Assembly: GCA_951406725.2 (NCBI GenBank)
Contig: OX597820.1
Coordinates: 8,618,001-8,682,000, forward strand
Origin: Octopus vulgaris
Lineage: Eukaryota
DNA length: 64,000 nt
Direction: 5' to 3'
This document shows, in pieces, positions 41,880 through 55,670 of the stretch. The position numbers and the translations under genes are program-made. The notes under the pieces were generated by a model. It saw only the letters and a list, made by a program, of their open reading frames with translations, was not told the DNA's origin and searched no databases. Within the stretch, counting starts at the first letter, position 1, and each line of letters opens with the position of its first letter.

Positions 41880-42800
41880 CTATATCACCATTTAAATTAA
41901 TCTTAGCATCATCAGGTATTTTGTCATTAATCACTTTCCTAGTATAAACATCGGAGTCACAGTCTATATTGTTTATAAACGTTTCCCCACTGTGCCCCTA
42001 ATAAATTTTCCCTGTATTAGCATCTTAAACTCCTTAGCCCCTTTAACTGGTAATTAATATCATGACTTAAAGTCTACCCCTACCCAGCTTTTTTATAGGC
42101 AGTTACGTCTACCAAATTGACTCGTCCTAATGTCTTATTTCCTTTCTCTTGGGGGAAAACGGATAACTGTGATAATATTTATTACCAAACATTTGTATTA
42201 TTAGCATATCTTTGGTTGTATTTTTTCTTTTCTTTTTCTTTTTTTTTTTTTGGCAAACTTTGCCTGATTAGTATCTCATTTGTTTATTAGCTGACATTTG
42301 CTGTGTTAGAACTTTTTTGTATTAAAAGTAATTTGTTTCTACAGAAATTCGTGTCTTAAAAGACCCCACCTACAATTTTTATTTTGGGTTTTTGTGTGTT
42401 TGTTTTCTTTGTTTTTGTTTTTTGTTTTGTTTTTGTTTTGTTTTTGATCGACCCTTGCTCTGTTAGCACCTCCTTTCTTTCGTTAACAAACCTTAGTGTT
42501 AGAAAAACTTTCCCTTCTCAAAACATTTGTCTTTAGAAAACCTAATGGTATTAGTAAACATTTTTGTATTCAAATACAATTGTTTCATTTGTAGACATTT
42601 CTTTTGATGCCAGTGGTTTGGTTTGTTAGTTGTCCTTTGCTTTCTTAGAACCTCGTGTATTTTTTCAGCACAACTTTATTTAGACAGTAGATTTGGGAGT
42701 GTTAGAAGAGAGTTTTGTTTTAAAGGACATTTGCTCTGTAGAACCTATAACATTCTGTTAAAAGACTTCCTTTGTTAAGTTAATAGAAAATTTTGCAGTA

Positions 42801-42849
42801 GAAGGGCAGCCCCTCACCCATCCTATGGATGGGTGAGGGGCTGCCCTTC
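42801..42849. repeat. Perfect 23 bp GC-rich hairpin with a 3 nt loop
   Basis: GAAGGGCAGCCCCTCACCCATCC-TAT-GGATGGGTGAGGGGCTGCCCTTC. Confidence 0.95.
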
Positions 42850-43933
42850 CCTCATATGGCTGTCACTGAATATGGTGACAGGAAGGGGGAAGTTCGTCTC
42901 ACAATAGAGACCTGCTCCAAAGGTTTGTAACAGAGTGAACTTACTAAAGATGCCCGAATGTTAGGGTATGGGGGAACAGGTGAACCCTGACCCACCAAAC
43001 AAAAGGGACCATCCGACAGGCTTGCACATTATTTCTGTCTACTGAATTCCACTCAAAATGTCTTTGGTCAAGTTTATGCTGTGCTGAAAGAAGCCGTATG
43101 AGAATCGAACCCGGAAAATTCGATTCCTGTACGGCATTTGTGCATCAAATCTTGAGTCTGCAACTGATCAGAGCTGAAATACTTTATGAACCCGAAAAGG
43201 AAAGTTCGTACTTCGTGGGTAGTTGTGAATACTGTCGAATGCCATTCTTGGCAATGAGGATCTCAAGGACATGGTGAAATGGGTCTGTTGAATGGTTTTC
43301 ATTGAATATTACTCAAGATGCACAACTGCGTAGTTAAGAAGTTTAATTTGAAAGCCACGTAGTTCTGGGTTTGTGCAACACTGTTAACACGATAACACAC
43401 ACCTTCAGAGAAAATTAAGGAAGGTGCCCTAAATATTAAATACAAGTACAGCAGAGTTTCTCATATATAACACGGGGAGGTTTTAAAATCTGAAAAACAA
43501 CAGACAGGTGAGATAACTTCAGTAAGATCAAATATAAAAAAAAACATGGAGAAGTACATACAATTAACAACGAAATATATAACAAGAAAATAGAGAGGGA
43601 ATGAAAACAAAGCGACTCGTACTTAGACATTTTACGGGCAAAATGTGGCAAGTCGCTTTGGTCGAGTGATTTAAGGTCGATTGGATTACAAAAGGCAAAC
43701 TTTCTGTTCGCTCTTATCTCCTGTTTCAGATATCATGGAACAATTTCAGAACTCACAATCACATTTATTGTTCTACCACCGCCACCACCACCACCACCAC
43801 CACCATATCCGCCGCCACCACCACCACCACCACCACCACTAGCTACTATTTGCTACCTGTATTATCAAACTTGTTTGTAGTAATATTGTTTTCAAAGTGT
43901 GTGTATGTATGTATATGTTTATATGGGTGTGAC

Positions 43934-43964
<31 letters not shown>

Positions 43965-44040
43965 CGATGTGTGTGAGAAATAAGTATTTTATGGAATGAC
44001 ATACGACACCCACACTGCATGTCATACACACATATACACA

Positions 44041-44527
<487 letters not shown>

Positions 44528-44756
44528 CACACATGTCACAAACAGAAACGCATGACGCAAACAGTCACCCCCCACCCACACACCCACACACACACACAGG
44601 TAAGCATACACCGCCCCACACACACACACAGGTACGCACACACACCCACTCACCACATAATATTGTATTTCAACAACGTAATAAATCTCTGTTCGAGTGG
44701 ATGAGTCAGTCATTTTCTACGACACAAATATTCTTACAGGCAACTCACACGCATGT

Positions 44757-44815
<59 letters not shown>

Positions 44816-44834
44816 TGTGTGTGTATGGGTGTGT

Positions 44835-44946
<112 letters not shown>

Positions 44947-45093
44947 ATATACAATGTGAAACTCAATGCTGTTGATGGCGTTTCGCTTCAAGTCAGCTCT
45001 GATATTTGAGCCACATTGAACGAGTCCCTTCCGAAGTGCATCGATTGTCACTAAGGAGTGAAACAAACTAACAGTTATAAGATAAAGCTTCCT

Positions 45094-45770
45094 AAGGCGG
45101 CGAGCTGGCAGAAACGTTAGCACGCCGGGCGAAATGCGTAGCCGTATTTCGTCTGCCGTTACGTTCTGGGTTCAAATTCCACCGAGGTCGACTTTGCCTT
45201 TCATCCTTTCGGGGTCGATTAAATAAGTACCAGTTACGCACTGGGGTCGATGTAATCGACTTAATCCCTTTGTCTGTCCTTGTTTGTCCTCTCTGTGTTT
45301 AGCCCCTTGTGGGTAGTACAGAAATAGATATAATCGACTTAATCCGTTTGTCTGTCCTTGCTTGTCCCTTGTGTTTAGCCCCTTGTGAGTAGTAAAGAAA
45401 TAGGTATTTCGTCTGCCGCTACGTTCTGAGTTCAAATTCCACCGAGGTCGACTTTGCCTTTCATCCTTTCGAGGTCGATGAATTAAGTACCAGTGACGCA
45501 CTGGGGTCGATGTAATCGACTTAATACCTATGTCTGTCAATGTTTGTCCCCTCTGTGTTTAGCCCCTTGTGGGTAATAAAGAAATAGGTATTTCGTCTGC
45601 CGCTACATTCTGAGTTCAAATTCCGACGATGTCGACTTTGCCTTTCATCCTTTCGGGGTCGATTAAATAAGTACCAGTTACGCACTGGGGTCGATATAAT
45701 CGACTTAATCCGTTTGTCTGTCCTTGTTTGTCCCCTCTGTGTTTAGCCCCTTGTGGGTGGTAAAGAAATA
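45094..45770 (+). mobile_element. SINE family B, head plus 3 full and 1 partial unit
   Basis: 16 bp TSD TATAAGATAAAGCTTC at 45076-45091 and 45771-45786. Confidence 0.92.
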
Positions 45771-45829
45771 TATAAGATAAAGCTTCGTTTACGACACATT
45801 CCACCATCTTTGAAATATAGTTGTTTTTA

Positions 45830-46235
45830 GACCCAAAGTCAGACCTGATCGAACAAAATTATAACAAAAAGCGTTCCAACCATAACCATCCCGTCTCTTC
45901 TTCCATATATTTTGCCAGCATATTACCCAGTGTTATCTTATGTGTCATCTCTTTTAAAGACGGTGGGAAAATCTGTTACTTCTAGCAGGTCAAGTAACCA
46001 GGTAGCAGTACCTTTCTTGCTGTTATTGTTAAATCCTCAAGGCACTTATAATCGAGCAGACCTATTATCAAGGACATCCCAGCCGTGACACCCACCCAGC
46101 TTCGTTTCGTGAAGAGTTTCCCTGGACTACATCATCCAATTCTTTCTTTTTTTATGACGGTAAGGAATGATTTTAAGAGGATTTAGCTGCTATTTATAGC
46201 AGTTCGAGTGAGAAACGTAGAGAGCCCACTCGATG
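45830..46235 (+). repeat. Two diverged tandem copies of an old interspersed repeat (further pieces near 46590 and 47690-47850)
   Basis: Recurring degenerate segments ...CCATCCCGTCT... and GATTT(G/A)GCTG(C/T)TATTT(C/A)TA(G/A)CAG. Confidence 0.5.
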
Positions 46236-46751
46236 TGGTAGTCGTGAGATTGTTGTTGGAGAGCTTTAGGGATGTTTAATGACGTCGTAAGGCTCCATAG
46301 ATTGGAGCAGATTCCTTTAGACACAGAAATATTAAAGGGTTTGGTGATGATAACAGCGAACTATGGAGTGAAGTTTGAAATTAATGGAAGAGGCACCGGC
46401 AGGACACTGTCAAAACACTGTCAGACTCGGAATGCTGTCAGACCAGAAACCAAACAATGTTTAAACACAATCAATACATTGTTGCAACACGACCAGAACT
46501 TTCTCGGGAGAGTGGCCTCACTGTCAGAATCGATGGCTTTGCTAGGCTGATGCCATCGGAAAAGTTGTTGATGTTGGTGTTGTTATTAACCCTGAACCAA
46601 TCCTTATCCAGTTGACCTATGATCTAAGACAATTTAATCGTCCCTCATTTCAAGCATCATCCAACGAACTTTATGGTCTTAGGATAGCATGCTGTAGATT
46701 TAACTGGGTTTTTTTCGAGAAGACTGATGGGCTGTACAAACGTGCCTTTCA

Positions 46752-47351
46752 AAGGCGGCGAGCTGGCAGAAACGTTAGCCCGTCGGGCGAAATGCTTAGC
46801 GGTATTTCGTCTGCCGCTACGTTCCGAGTTCAAATTCCGCCGAGGTCGACTTTGCCTTTCATCCTTTCGGGGTCGATAAATTAAGTACCAGTGACGCACT
46901 GGGGTCGATATAATCGACTTAATACCAATGTCTGTCCATGTTTGTCCCCTCTGTGTTTAGCCCCTTGTGGGTAATAAAGAAATGGGTATTTCGTCTGCCG
47001 CTACGTTCTGAGTTCAAATTCCGCCGGGGTCGACTTTGCCTTTCATCCTTTCGAGGTCGATTAAATAAGTACCAGTAACGCACTGGGGTCGATATAATCG
47101 ACTTAATACCTACGTCTGTCCATGTTTGTCCCCTCTGTGTTTAGCCCCTTGTGGGTATTAAAGAAATAGGTATTTCGTCTGCCGCAACGTTCTGAGTTCA
47201 AATTCCGACGATGTCGACTTTGCCTTTCATCCTTTCGGGGTCGATTAAATAAGTACCAGTTACGCACTGGGGTCGATATAATCGACCTAATCCGTTCGTC
47301 TGTCCTTGTTTGTCCTCTCTGAGTTTAGCCCCTTGTGGGTAGTAAAGAAAT
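46752..47351 (+). mobile_element. SINE family B, head plus 3 units
   Basis: 16 bp TSD TACAAACGTGCCTTTC at 46735-46750 and 47352-47367. Confidence 0.92.
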
Positions 47352-48409
47352 TACAAACGTGCCTTTCTTACTTCACAATTTCAGAGGATTTGAAGCGAGG
47401 AGTCTTGCCGTATGCAGTGTATGTGTGCAGTGGGTGGGTGGGTGCAGTATAGAGGTAGAAGCCACAAAAGTAAGCCACAAATGTTTTACCAGTCAGAATT
47501 CTTGCTTGCAGAGGGATGAGGAGGCAGAATCTGCAAAATTTATTCAGATTTTCTTGGCAAGAATCCAGAAGCGGCTGCCGTTATCTGAGAGGTGAGGTGA
47601 GGGTAGCTTGAGTCGGTACAGTGATAGGTATATTCTCTCTGATAATGATGGTGGGTGGATTATAAGCAGTTGTTTATCATCTGCTAAACTCTGATTGGGT
47701 ATATCTCTGACTAAAGTTATGCCAACCGTGACACTCCCGTCTGCTTAAAACTTAATTACTTAATGTGTCCTTCATATTTTTCAAGATATTGGTATGTGAC
47801 TTTCGGAAAGATTTGGCTGTTATTTCTAACAGGCCAATGGACTTCGTAGACTTCGGTCTATTTTGTGTAATATTCTTCGTGTGAACTGCTACAATCCGGC
47901 TTTGAGGAAGTCATTCGTGGACCCTGTTAACTATTTTGGGGGTTGGATTCAAAGGGATCGAAAGGAAGATGTGAGGTGCGTTGTCTTTAATCAGACAAAC
48001 CGGTTGTGGTATTCTTGGTAGTGGTGGTTGTGGAGTGGTAATGATTGGGGTGTGGTGGTGAGGTGACGGTGGTAGTGGTGGTGGTGGTGGTGGTGGTGGT
48101 GGTGGTGGTGGTGGTGGTGGTGGTGGTGGTTTTTGGAGGCGAGTAAAGGATGGGAAGAAAGACGTTAAGAGCTTCAGTATGTTGGTCGAAGGCAAAGGTC
48201 GAAGGCAAAGGTCGAAGTGCACAATGTCACGGGATTGCGTTGTACCGACGAGAGGAGTGCTGCGGAAAAGAAGAGCAACTGTGGGCTCAGAATAGTCAAA
48301 GGTTAATGGATTGATGGAAACTAGACAAGAGCGCCCTCTACATCATCACTCGACATATTTTGAATGGGTTATTCAGAGGAGAAAGAATAGCATCCACGAC
48401 GCTTACTCA

Positions 48410-48650
48410 CTAGTTTTAAGAAGCCCAATTTCTCAAGATTGGTATTTAGGCAGTGTGTTACATATCCCAGTGCCCCAATAATTACAGGTTTAAACCTGAA
48501 CATGCAATCTGGATCGAGTAACTGCAAATGTCTCAATAGTTCAGCGTAGATATTTTCTTTTTCACTGATCTTCAGCTTTATGCTAACATTCGTTGGGCAG
48601 CTAATTTCCACAACTATACACAGTTTCCCTTCACATCCCACATCATTATG
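48410..48650 (-). mobile_element. R4/Dong-like RLE fragment
   Basis: VVEISCP...EKENIY...PVIIGALG; homologous to 29030-29280. Confidence 0.85.
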
Positions 48651-48817
48651 TAAAGACTATTCTTCTCTTTTGCTCTCTTGCTCTTTTCCTTGTTTCAGTT
48701 ATTTGTCTGTTGCCATGCTGGAGCACCGCCTTTAATCGAATAAATCGATCCAAGGACTTAATCCTTGTAAACTCAGTACTTATTTTATCGGCTTCTTTTA
48801 TATATATGGATCATAAT

Positions 48818-49130
<313 letters not shown>

Positions 49131-49588
49131 ATCATAATGCTTTTCGCTAAACAATTAAAGACAAATTTTATTAAATCTATTAGAAGGATTACAAATAAAA
49201 CCTTTAAAAACACTAGATATGCAAAAAATATTTAATAACGAACACATCAGATTTGGATTTTCAGTTTCTCCCAACCTTTTTAGGATAATATCTTCCTTTA
49301 ATAATAGAAAACTAGATTTATTCTATGAAAATAAAATAAAAACTCAAATTGATAATAAAGCACACAAAAATATAAAAAGTATAATATAATGGGACAAATA
49401 ACAATATATACACCCCTACTAACAATAACTTATATAAATCAACAAAGAATATGAATATTTCATTATCTACTCATAATAGCTGCAATTGTAGAGACCCAAA
49501 CACTTGAAAGTTAGACAGGGATTGTAAAAGAAAAAATTTAGTATACCAATCAACTGTTAAGAAACAATGCACAATGTCATGGATTACG

Positions 49589-49685
49589 TTGTGTCAAATC
49601 TTAAGCCATGCAAGTGTAAGTTCATGCCGTAAACATTCGTTTACGAACTTACACTTGCATGGCTTAAGCTTTGAGACAAGCATAT
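49589..49685. pseudogene. 18S rRNA 5'-end-like fragment, present twice as an inverted repeat
   Basis: Minus strand 49645-49685 is ATATGCTTGTCTCAAAGCTTAAGCCATGCAAGTGTAAGTTC, versus the conserved eukaryotic ATATGCTTGTCTCAAAGATTAAGCCATGCATGTCTAAGTAC; plus-strand copy at 49589-49623. Confidence 0.8.
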
Positions 49686-50439
49686 ATAATAACACAAGAT
49701 TCGACAAAGTAGCATTATATTGGATCGACACAAAATTGGATTAAACTACGAATCGTGAACCACGAATCGACATCCAGGCACCAAAACAAAATAAACAGTA
49801 CTAGACTATCAAAAAAATATGGCACCTAAAAAAACAAAATACAAATTTAACTTCATAATCAAATGGAACATTTTAGCACATGCACCTTCTTACAAAATTA
49901 CCGATGAATTCTGTATATTATGCCTGGAAGAAAAACTATAAAATAAGGAAAAGGAAATGCAACCTAGTTAATACGAAAAAGTTTTTTTCATGTAGACACA
50001 TGGCAAGATACCTCTTTATTAAACTAAAGTGATATATTGATATTATTTAATATCACCCTAAAATCCTCAATTCAATTTTTTATATATAACTATTACCATT
50101 CTACATATATTAATAGCTTAATTAAACCATACACCATTAATCTATGAAAACTCCAATAGCCAAAATTATCGAATTGACTTACATCCAAACAAAATGACTA
50201 AAATAGTTCTTTGTGAACTTTTAAATTATTTTCATAAAGTTTGTATATCCATATGTAACACCAATAGATATCCTCTTTAAAATATGAAATATATATATAG
50301 GATCAGATTCAATCTCAATGTGTGTGTATATTTTTCTGATAGTACATCTTTAACGCCCTGAACGTGGATTCAAGATATTTGTATGTCTATATGTGAATAC
50401 GTATAATTTGTATGATATATTTCTAATTTTGATGTGTGT

Positions 50440-50515
<76 letters not shown>

Positions 50516-50624
50516 TTTTAAATAATATGTATATATATATATGCGCGTGTGTGTATTATGTATATATATATATAATATATATAATATAATAGTTTATTTA
50601 TTTATTTATGATGTGTTCATAATC

Positions 50625-50682
50625 AGTTCTGCTGAGGATCATAAGACGTAAGTTGAATGTGAAATCACGGTGATACAGAACT
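50625..50682 (+). ncRNA. Type I hammerhead ribozyme motif
   Basis: AGTTCTG-CTGAGGA-TCAT...ATGT-GAA-ATCACGGTGAT-A-CAGAACT: perfect 7 bp stem I, intact core, near-palindromic stem III, AUA site. Confidence 0.85.
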
Positions 50683-50939
50683 AAATTCATTTTTTAAATG
50701 TCTTGCTTTGAAAAACTGCATTTAGGTATGATTAGTATAATTTTGGTAGTAATGACTTTGTCCCTCTTAGTGTGAGGCATTTATGTGTAATAATGCCCTC
50801 TATACAATATAGATATAATTAATTTGTTCAAAAGAAAAAAATTATTTTCGAATTCTTTTCTTTTATGAGGTTTTCACGCTAACTACCCGATAATTTCTTG
50901 TTAAGATCCCTTATTAAGAGATTATCCTTAATTGTTAAA

Positions 50940-50994
<55 letters not shown>

Positions 50995-51059
50995 TTATGT
51001 ATGTATGTGAATGTATGCGTGTATGCTTATGTATGTATTTATATATGTGTGTATATCGC

Positions 51060-51108
<49 letters not shown>

Positions 51109-51424
51109 TTAATCTGAATGGAGGCAGTTCAAGCAGAAACTAGAAGAACATAATTAAGAACCACACTCAAAATCAAATATATATATATTCTTGTACATTT
51201 ATAAAACGGATATAAAAATTCAAAATATATAAATATAAAAATACATATACATAGATAAATATCGATGTGATACATAAAACACCATGAATTTTAGATTTAA
51301 AAGTTAAAATACATTTGTATAATAAAAATTTGAGATGATAAAACATTAAAAGGACATACTTAAGTATCACGAAAATATTACAAAAATTTTTAAATTTTCA
51401 GAGACGTATCAAGTAATATGATAT

Positions 51425-51839
51425 ACTCTTTACTCTTTACTCTTTTACTTGTTTCAGTCATTTGACTGCGGCCATGCTGGAGCACCGCCTTTTTAATCGA
51501 GCAACTCGACACCGGGACTTATTATTTGTAAACCCAGTACTTATTCTATCGGTCTCTTTTGCCGAACCGCTAAGTGACGGGGACGTAAACACACCAGCAT
51601 CGGTTGTCTAGCAATGCTAGGGGGACAAACACAGACACACAAACACACACGCATATATATATATATACATATATACGACGGGCTTCTTTCAGTTTCCGTC
51701 TACCAAATCCACTCACAAGGCATTGGTTGGCAGGGGCTATAGCAGAAGACACTTGCCCAAGATGCCACGCAGTGGGACTGAACCCGCAACCATGTGGTTG
51801 GTTAGCAAGCTACTTACCACACAGCCACTCCTGCGCCTA
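51425..51839 (-). mobile_element. SINE family A
   Basis: Match to consensus. Confidence 0.92.
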
Positions 51840-52364
51840 ATGTATTTCATATTTTTAAAACTGACAACTACCCCCCATCAGGATGTTTTCACACAATACG
51901 GAAAAAAATAAATACAGAAATACAATTATACAATCGCATACCAGTCACTCGAAAAAAAATTAATATATACACATATATGTATGTGTGTGGCTATGTAGGG
52001 TGTGCCTCTCCATTGCCAGTATATGGAATATTGGTGTGTCTACCTATATGCATACACATTAGAATACTTGAACTTGTTTACTAATGGGAATGTGCCTGGG
52101 TCCTTGTGTGTATATGAATACCTATGTTTGTATGAGTGTAGGCACCTCCTTTTAACTATACGCATGTGTAGGTGTACGTATATGTAAGTGTATGTGTGTA
52201 TATATATGTGTATGCATGTCAATCTATGTATATTTGTATGTATATGTATGTACGCATATATATATATGTATATATGCATATATATGTATATATGCATATA
52301 TATGTATATGCATTTATATATATATACATATATATGCATATATATATGTATATATATATATATA

Positions 52365-52450
<86 letters not shown>

Positions 52451-52553
52451 GGAGTAAACAGATAAATGTGAAACAAGGTGGAAAAAAGAGTACTCAAATA
52501 CCAGTGGTAGGAGTAATATCCTTTATTTAAAGCAGCAGAGAATTCAACAAAAC

Positions 52554-52591
52554 CTGTTACTCTGAGTTTCCCGTTGCCGTTCATCGGACAG
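52554..52591 (-). ncRNA. Minimal hammerhead motif (CCGAUGA variant), copy 1
   Basis: CTGT-CCGATGA-ACG(GCAA)CGG-GAA-ACTCAGAGT-A-ACAG. Confidence 0.75.
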
Positions 52592-52624
52592 TTTTTGCTA
52601 GAAAAAAACTGTTTCTAGCAAAAA

Positions 52625-52662
52625 CTGTCCGATGAACGGCAACGGGAAACTCAGAGTAACAG
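52625..52662 (+). ncRNA. Minimal hammerhead motif (CCGAUGA variant), copy 2
   Basis: Same motif on the plus strand; stem I CUGU/ACAG; GUA site. Confidence 0.75.
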
Positions 52663-52694
52663 ATTTTGTTGAATTCTCTGCTGCTTTAAATAAA

Positions 52695-52751
<57 letters not shown>

Positions 52752-52834
52752 CATACATACGTGTTTGTGTATATTTACACGACTTGTCAGTGTCCTTCCT
52801 GTCTCTCCAATGGAGTTTTCATTGTACTCTCTCT

Positions 52835-53237
52835 CTCTTTTACTCTTTTACTTGTTTCAGTCATTTGACTGCGGCCATGCTGGAGCACCGCCTTTAGTCG
52901 ATCAAATCGACCCCGGAACTTATTCTTTGTAAGCCCAGTACTTATTCTATCGGTCTCTCTTGCTGAACCGCTAAGTGGCGGGGACGTAGACACACCAGCA
53001 TCGGTTGTCAAGCAATGCTAGGGGTACAAACACAGACACACAAACACACACACACATATATATATATATACATATATACGACAGGCTTCTTTCAGTTTCC
53101 GTCTACCAAATCCACTCACAAGGCATTGGTCGGCTAGGGGCTATAGCAGAAGACACTTGCCCAAGATGCCACGCAGTGGGACTGAACCCGCAACCATGTG
53201 GTTGGTTAGCAAGCTACTTACCACACAGCCACTCCTA
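52835..53237 (-). mobile_element. SINE family A
   Basis: Match to consensus. Confidence 0.92.
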
Positions 53238-53269
53238 CTGTAGACATGTGATGTAGAAGATGAGCTTTT

Positions 53270-54085
53270 GTTTTTTATTTGTTTTTTGCAATTCATGTTT
53301 GCCTTCACTTTTAATTCCTTCCTATACCTGAGTCTTTTGGTTGTCCCTTGCTTATTTTATTCGCACGTCCCACAACGGGGTGGGGAGTTCTCCACAGTTG
53401 GTTATTTGCATCGCTTCTTTTTCAAATGTGAATCTCGCTTTGTTAGGAATCTCTTGGGGGTTAGATGGTTGTCTTCGACTGTTGATAATCTGTGTTTTTT
53501 TTTTTTTTTATTATTCGTTGGTGATTGATGTAGAATTGGGAGATATCCTGTGGCTGAGTGCAGGATGTTGCGGTTTCTAGGATTGTGGATGACTACAAAT
53601 GGAATATTTGTGTTTGTATTTTTATTTCCACACCTAGTCTGGGTGTTTCTCTGTAACGTAGTGATCGGTATTTCCTTTGCTTTTGTTATGGCATGTTGAA
53701 TTAACTTGTTGGGATATTTTTGTTTCTGGAGGAATATATTAAGTTCTGCCAGACATTTCTCTTGTCTAACAATCTCTGTGATTATTGAGCATATGCGTCT
53801 TGCCCTATTAAATGGTATGTCCCTTTTTGTATGAGAAGAGTGGTAAGATCTAAAAATCTAAATATTGGTGTGCGTCTGTGTTCTTGTGGCAGAGGTCAGT
53901 TGTAACTGTCTCATTTTCTTTAATTATCAGAATATAAAAGAAAAAAGGAGTTCCTTTTCATTCATTTCCATAGTGAATTGGATTGAGATATGGATGCTAT
54001 TTATTAAAATTCTGTAAGGTCCTCCTTACGTCGGTTCCAAAATATAAAGCAGTCATCTAAGAATCTTTTCCATTTTCCTCTAGGG
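53270..54085 (-). mobile_element. Neptune-like PLE reverse transcriptase/linker pseudogene
   Basis: WKRFLDDCFIFW, IQFTME, TDLCHKNTDAHQYLDF, HTKRDIPF..ARRIC, PRCGTC. Confidence 0.85.
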
Positions 54086-54134
54086 TAGGTTCAGAAGTGG
54101 TATGTATGTATGTATGTATGTATATATATATATA

Positions 54135-54781
54135 TTAACAATTGAGGATAAAATCTTTAAAAGAAATTATCAGTAGTCAGCGTGAAAAACCTCGTAAGAG
54201 AAAAAATCCGTAAATTCTTCCTCTTTGAAAATATTCATTTATATTATATTGAGGGTACTATTATATTGAGGGTACTACTATTCGTAGATACCAACACGCT
54301 AAGAGGGACCAATGCGGTCAAAACTACTAAATATAAACAAAATTTTACCGAATGCAAAACTTCAAAACACATCATTTTAAAAAAGAATTCAGTTACATAT
54401 CACATGTGATTTCGCATTTAATGCAGAATATGCATTTCATGTTCATCAGTGCAACAAACTCAAGAAATATAAGAGAAAACATAACATTACAAGCTCGATA
54501 GCCAACCGTAGAATTCGTCGTAGCATGTACGAATGTTTATCTTTACATATCTATGAAAATGGTGGGCTTATTCGCAATGCATTTCGGTAACAAATTGTCT
54601 AGTCGGAATAAAAATTCAGTATTGAACTATTCCGGTGAAAAATATAAATTAACAATTGAGGATAAAATCTTTAAAAGAAATTATCAGTAGTCAGCGTGAA
54701 AAACCTCGTAAGAGAAAAAATCCGTAAATTCTTCCTCTTTGAAAATATTCATTTATATTATACCCTCAATATAATATAAAT
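54135..54781 (-). mobile_element. PLE pLTR in partial tandem with a terminal micro-inversion, between (TA)n tracts
   Basis: Direct repeat 54135-54248 and 54648-54762; 54761-54781 is the reverse complement of 54237-54257. Confidence 0.8.
54392..54455 (-). ncRNA. Type I hammerhead ribozyme motif with canonical core
   Basis: GTTGCA-CTGATGA-ACAT..ATGCA(TATTC)TGCAT..ATGC-GAA-ATCACATGTGAT-A-TGTAAC: 6 bp stem I, 12 nt palindromic stem III. Confidence 0.88.
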
Positions 54782-54797
54782 ATATATATATATATAT

Positions 54798-55016
54798 AAG
54801 TTCAGCAAAATTTCGATTCAGATGAATATGGTACTTAAGTTAAAGGCAGCAGAATTACGTATGGTATTATCCATATAAATCAAATGGGTGATTATAATCA
54901 AAATAAGCAACAAGGATATCCATGGTATAGTAGTACAATTGTTTCATGCTACTTCGTTTTCATAAAATGAAGTAGCATGAAACAATTGTACTACACTACC
55001 TTGGATATCCTTGTTG

Positions 55017-55020
<4 letters not shown>
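54798..55020. mobile_element. Fold-back PLE 3' end in (TA)n with hammerhead 3' halves
   Basis: Arms 54904-54960 and 54964-55020; GAA-ACAATTGT-A in both arms. Confidence 0.75.
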
Positions 55021-55103
<83 letters not shown>

Positions 55104-55670
55104 ATATATACAAAGGTAGTCTGGATTTAGATAAATGCTATTTATTGAGCGCTTTGACACCCTTCAGTGATGCAGTATGAGTTGCGGGTTATTGAATATT
55201 TCTTCCTTTTATAGGTTTGTGAGTAAGTTAAAGAAAAATCGAAAGTTCGATTTGGTTTCTTGGGTTTCAGTAAAAGAAGAGGTTACTTGAGAATTACTTT
55301 TTGTCATTTTGAATCTAGATGTCTGTGGATGTTGGTTTTGTGTGGGGCGAACTTTTCAACAAAGCATGTATGAGAGATTTTCGGAAGCTTCGTAAGAGAA
55401 GGAAGAAAAATATAAGAATAAATTTGGAACGAAAGAAAGAAACAAACAAAGATCAGACACGCGTTATATTTTCAAGCTCCTGCCTGACATTTACTCCAAC
55501 CCCTGGTTTGCCTTCCCTTACTACTTTTCGTTCCACCTTTTCTCTCTTTCTGTCTCTCTTCCTTTCCTCTGAGTCTTTATGGACAACGTTCCCTTTCAGC
55601 ATTATGCGCATGCCCTGTTTTAATACTGTCTTATAGCCGAAAGATCTTATATATATATATATATATCTTT

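Larger units (their letters stand above)
52449..52695. mobile_element. Fold-back PLE 3' end in (TA)n; 84 bp arms
   Basis: Arms 52521-52604 and 52612-52695, 1 mismatch, 7 nt loop; (TA)n on both sides. Confidence 0.85.

Noticed and set aside
45094-47351. CRISPR-like regular repeats
   Set aside because: The units are contiguous ~183 bp SINE bodies with no unique spacers and no cas genes.
49589-49685. Functional rRNA gene or rDNA unit
   Set aside because: Only ~40 nt of the 5' end is present, inverted and embedded in a PLE.
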